DNA of 64,000 bases from contig JAFLSJ010000002.1 in the NCBI GenBank assembly GCA_022511005.1, positions 6,392-70,391 on the forward strand, given 5' to 3'. Made by a program: the position numbers and the translations under genes. Under the pieces are notes generated by a model, which saw nothing but the letters and a program-made list of their open reading frames with translations, did no database searches and was not told the DNA's origin. This stretch comes from Ruminococcus sp. Its GTDB lineage: Bacteria > Bacillota > Clostridia > Oscillospirales > Acutalibacteraceae. Position 1 is the first letter of the stretch. Each line of letters opens with the position of its first letter. Positions 61,532 to 64,000 of this stretch are shown here, one piece after another.

Positions 61532-61567
61532 AAATAACACTTGTCGAATAGGCAGGTGTTATTTTTT
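61532..61567 (+). terminator. Terminator ending the cargo operon
   Basis: aaataacacttgtc/ggcaggtgttattt plus T-run. Confidence 0.75.
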
Positions 61568-61834
61568 GTCAAAATTTAAAAAAAATTTAAAAACCATACC
61601 GTCAAATCAGGATTTGAAATTCGTATATAGTAGAGGGATATTTTCAAAAAATTTAAAAAGGACATTTAAAATTATACATCGCCATTCCTTTATTTATGGA
61701 GGAGAAAAAATTTTTTTGAAAAACTTTATCAAAACACCCTGACAAAACGGTAGGGTTTGTCCAAATAAGTGAAGGGGTATTTTAAAAGTCCCTCTCAATA
61801 CAATACGAAAGGAGTGAAAAATTAAACCGTAAGT

Positions 61835-62050
61835 ACAACTGAATAGCTACCAAGTAAGGATAAACCGCCACGACCTCATAATGAGCGAGCGCAGCCGAAA
61901 GGCTGACGGTACAGCGTCGAGCAGGATTGCCTGTCAGGAAAGTTAGCTTTGGTAGTGCGAAAAATAGCTTGATGTCACGCTTTTACTTCAAAGATTGCCA
62001 CAAACACAATTGCGAAAGTGTCACCAAGTAAACGGCGAGGCAACTCCTAT
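61835..62050 (+). ncRNA. Candidate multi-stem structured RNA of the mobile element
   Basis: ORF-free, GC-rich; closing helix ctaccaag/tttggtag encloses several hairpins including cagcc-GAAA-ggctg. Confidence 0.5.
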
Positions 62051-62139
62051 ATATAAATAACTATATAAAAAATAACTACCCGATAAAGAAGAAGTTTAGT
62101 ATAACAAACACTTTTATGGGCAGTGGAAAGGACAAACAA

Positions 62140-62451
62140 ATGGAAAACACAAAGGTATACTCACGAACCGAAATGCGTGAGATGATGATCGACACCGCGG
62201 ACTATCTCTTTATGAACGAGGTTGGAGAGTTTACAGGAACACTTGAAATGAAAGCGGAAGCCCGCAGCGGAATGCTCCGAGTTTTTCTAAGGCTCAGTGA
62301 CGATAGAAAAATTATTACACCGGTGTTCTACTGGCAAAGATATCTCGGTTTTTACGAGATGGAGATTGGAACAAAGCTCAAACTTTTTTATTCGGAAAGT
62401 AGCTTGAACAAGGTTTATCTTGAAAAGGTCGAAATCATTGAAAATGCGTAG
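62140..62451 (+). CDS. Hypothetical protein upstream of the mobilisation module
   Basis: 103-aa ORF with AAGGA RBS. Confidence 0.6.
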   Translation: MENTKVYSRTEMREMMIDTADYLFMNEVGEFTGTLEMKAEARSGMLRVFLRLSDDRKIITPVFYWQRYLGFYEMEIGTKLKLFYSESSLNKVYLEKVEIIENA

Positions 62452-62570
62452 CGTAGTTACACGGCACCACACGGGACGTCAGTCCTACAGTGTAGCGAGC
62501 ATAGGTTTTGTAATGCCAAAACCGACGGCTGAAAAGCCGAAAGGGGAATGTTCCCCTATAACCCCAATTT
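62452..62570. other. Candidate oriT region
   Basis: Three short hairpins (62504-62523, 62526-62539, 62542-62557) immediately upstream of mobC-relaxase. Confidence 0.5.
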
Positions 62571-62586
62571 GAAAGGAGAAAAACAA

Positions 62587-62908
62587 ATGAGAAAACGAAA
62601 TTATAACATCAACGTGAGAGTAACTTTAGGAGAGAAAAAGCGTCTGATGAAGGCAGCAAAACGCTTTGGAGTTTCACTCTCGGAGTATTTGAGAAAGGTC
62701 GGCTTAGATAAAAAAGTTGAGTAAAAAACCAAGCGCAAAGCTCTACGAATCGTACGCGTTGGTGAACAATTTGCGGAATAATTTATATCCGCTTGACGGT
62801 ATTTTTTTGGAGCAACGGTTAACAGAAATCGAGCGCAAAATTCTCTCCGCTTATCACGAAAAAGAGGAGGAGGATAGCGTTGGCGACAACAAAAATCTGG
62901 GCGATTAA
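62587..62908 (+). pseudogene. mobC: Frameshifted MobC-like ribbon-helix-helix relaxosome protein
   Basis: MRKRNYNINVRVT..EK..L...A...GVSLSEYLR stops at TAA 62722; the C-terminal half continues in the +1 frame and overlaps the relaxase start. Confidence 0.75.
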
Positions 62909-64000
62909 GGATAGTATTTCAAGAGTTTTGACCTATGCCGCTAACCCTGAAAAGACAGTTTTGTCTGACTTGAAAAATGTGCTTCACTACGCTGAAAACG
63001 ATAAGAAAACCGTCAACGGCGAGGAAAAAGCTTGCTTTGTTTCAGGGGTTAACTGCAATGCTGACACAGCTTTCGAGGAGATGATTTCTGTTCAAAAACG
63101 ATATGGAAAGACGAGCGGAAATGTTGCCTACCACGCTTATCAGAGTTTTAAAACAGGAGAAGTTACACCTGAACTTTGTCATCAGATCGGTGTTGCGCTT
63201 GCAAGAAAAATGTGGGGCAATGATTATTAGGTGCTTGTCGCTACGCACTTCAACACAGGGACTTATCACAACCATTTTGTTGTAAACTCGGTCAATATGT
63301 GGACAGGTAAAAAGTTTAACTGTAACGAAGGTGCGTATTGGAAATTTCGTGCATTGTCCGATGAACTTTGCGCTGAACACAACCTGACCGTAATTAAAAA
63401 TCCATCAGGCAAAACACCGAGAAGTATCTATTTTGCGGAAAAGAACGGCGAGCCTACGAAGTTTAATTTAATGCGTGAGGCTATTGATTTTGCAATAAAA
63501 TGTTCCCGCAGCTTCAAGGATTTTGAATACATTATGCGTGAGCAGGGCTATTATGTCAGCCTGAACAACAACCGAAAGTATTGGACAATCTGCTCCGTAA
63601 ACAGCAAAAAATCCGTCCGTATGTACCGCTTGGGCGAAGAGTATAGCAACGAATCAATACGCCGACGGATACACGAGCAAGGCGTTGAAGGATGGAAAAA
63701 CAGTGCCGTTTATTATGAGAGCAGACGGCAGATGAAACTCTTTCAACCTCGCAGCGTTGTATTTAAGGGCAACTTTAAAGCCGTAAAGAAAATCACAGGA
63801 TTATATGCCCTATATCTTCATTATTGCTACCTATTAGGGAAGCTACCAAAGGATAGGCAACGCAGGCCATTATCGCCTGAAATGCGTGAAGCTTGGCGGC
63901 ATCTTGACAGGATTTCAAGACAAGTTACCTTGATTTCTAACAGGGATTTTAACTCTCTTGAAGATGTTGAGAAGTTTGTTGAAGATACCAATGGCTCTAT
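62880..64000 (+). pseudogene. MOBP-type relaxase interrupted by an in-frame TAG; runs off the window end
   Basis: MATTKIW..YAANPEKT, AYHAYQSF..GEVTPE; TAG at 63228-63230; frame continues VLVATHFNTGTYHNHFVVNSV and appears open to the window end. Confidence 0.88.

Larger units (their letters stand above)
50904..64000. mobile_element. Integrative mobilisable/conjugative element, partial and apparently immobilised, with redox cargo
   Basis: TnpV, DUF6809-like gene, ICE-type promoter repeats, candidate oriT, mobC and relaxase; integrase not in the window. Confidence 0.8.

Noticed and set aside
59396-63230. Stop-codon reassignment explaining the in-frame TGA and TAG
   Set aside because: TAG and TGA terminate normal genes in this window (e.g. 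39108, 53569, 59273), and mobC is broken by a frameshift; decay is the simpler explanation
17-63380. Many short antisense or overlapping ORFs in the track (e.g. 5665-6285, 38958-39599, 40056-40820, 42994-43395)
   Set aside because: Shadows of well-supported genes on the opposite strand or another frame, with no recognisable motifs
1-64000. Complete tRNA, rRNA, integrase, transposase or prophage genes
   Set aside because: None recognised; only tRNA-like 3' fragments were seen, and the element's integrase presumably lies outside the window

Overview
Low-GC Firmicute chromosome, probably Oscillospiraceae/Ruminococcus-like (a dockerin-bearing protein and DUF6465 support this). 1-11 kb is housekeeping: PcsB/EnvC-like gene, ftsX, ftsE, CdaR-type regulator, msmX-like ATPase, RsuA-family gene, ychF, glmS. 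11-30.6 kb is an AT-rich Wzx/Wzy surface-polysaccharide locus with 7 glycosyltransferases, TagD/LicD, a pyruvyltransferase, a GH105-like hydrolase, a split transketolase pair, an aldo-keto reductase and a collapsed acyltransferase. 30.8-42 kb holds metF/metH, a WYL regulator, a histone-like protein, a GTAG-REP cluster and csoR-copA. A 2652-aa S8 protease-dockerin gene lies between two apparent orphan tRNA 3'-end scars (42462 and 50904). From about 50.9 kb to the window end is a mobilisable integrative element (TnpV, candidate oriT, frameshifted mobC, amber-interrupted relaxase) carrying a redox cargo. Highlights: (i) a three-promoter LysR regulon with identical box-21nt-(-35)-17nt-(-10) geometry; (ii) a 36-bp palindrome present three times at module borders, one copy with an inverted core; (iii) a candidate trans-membrane electron conduit (lipoprotein flavodoxin + di-heme-like DUF4405 + cytoplasmic flavodoxin); (iv) a candidate structured ncRNA; (v) a candidate branched-sugar pathway. 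All family assignments come from motif recognition by eye; no database searches were run.
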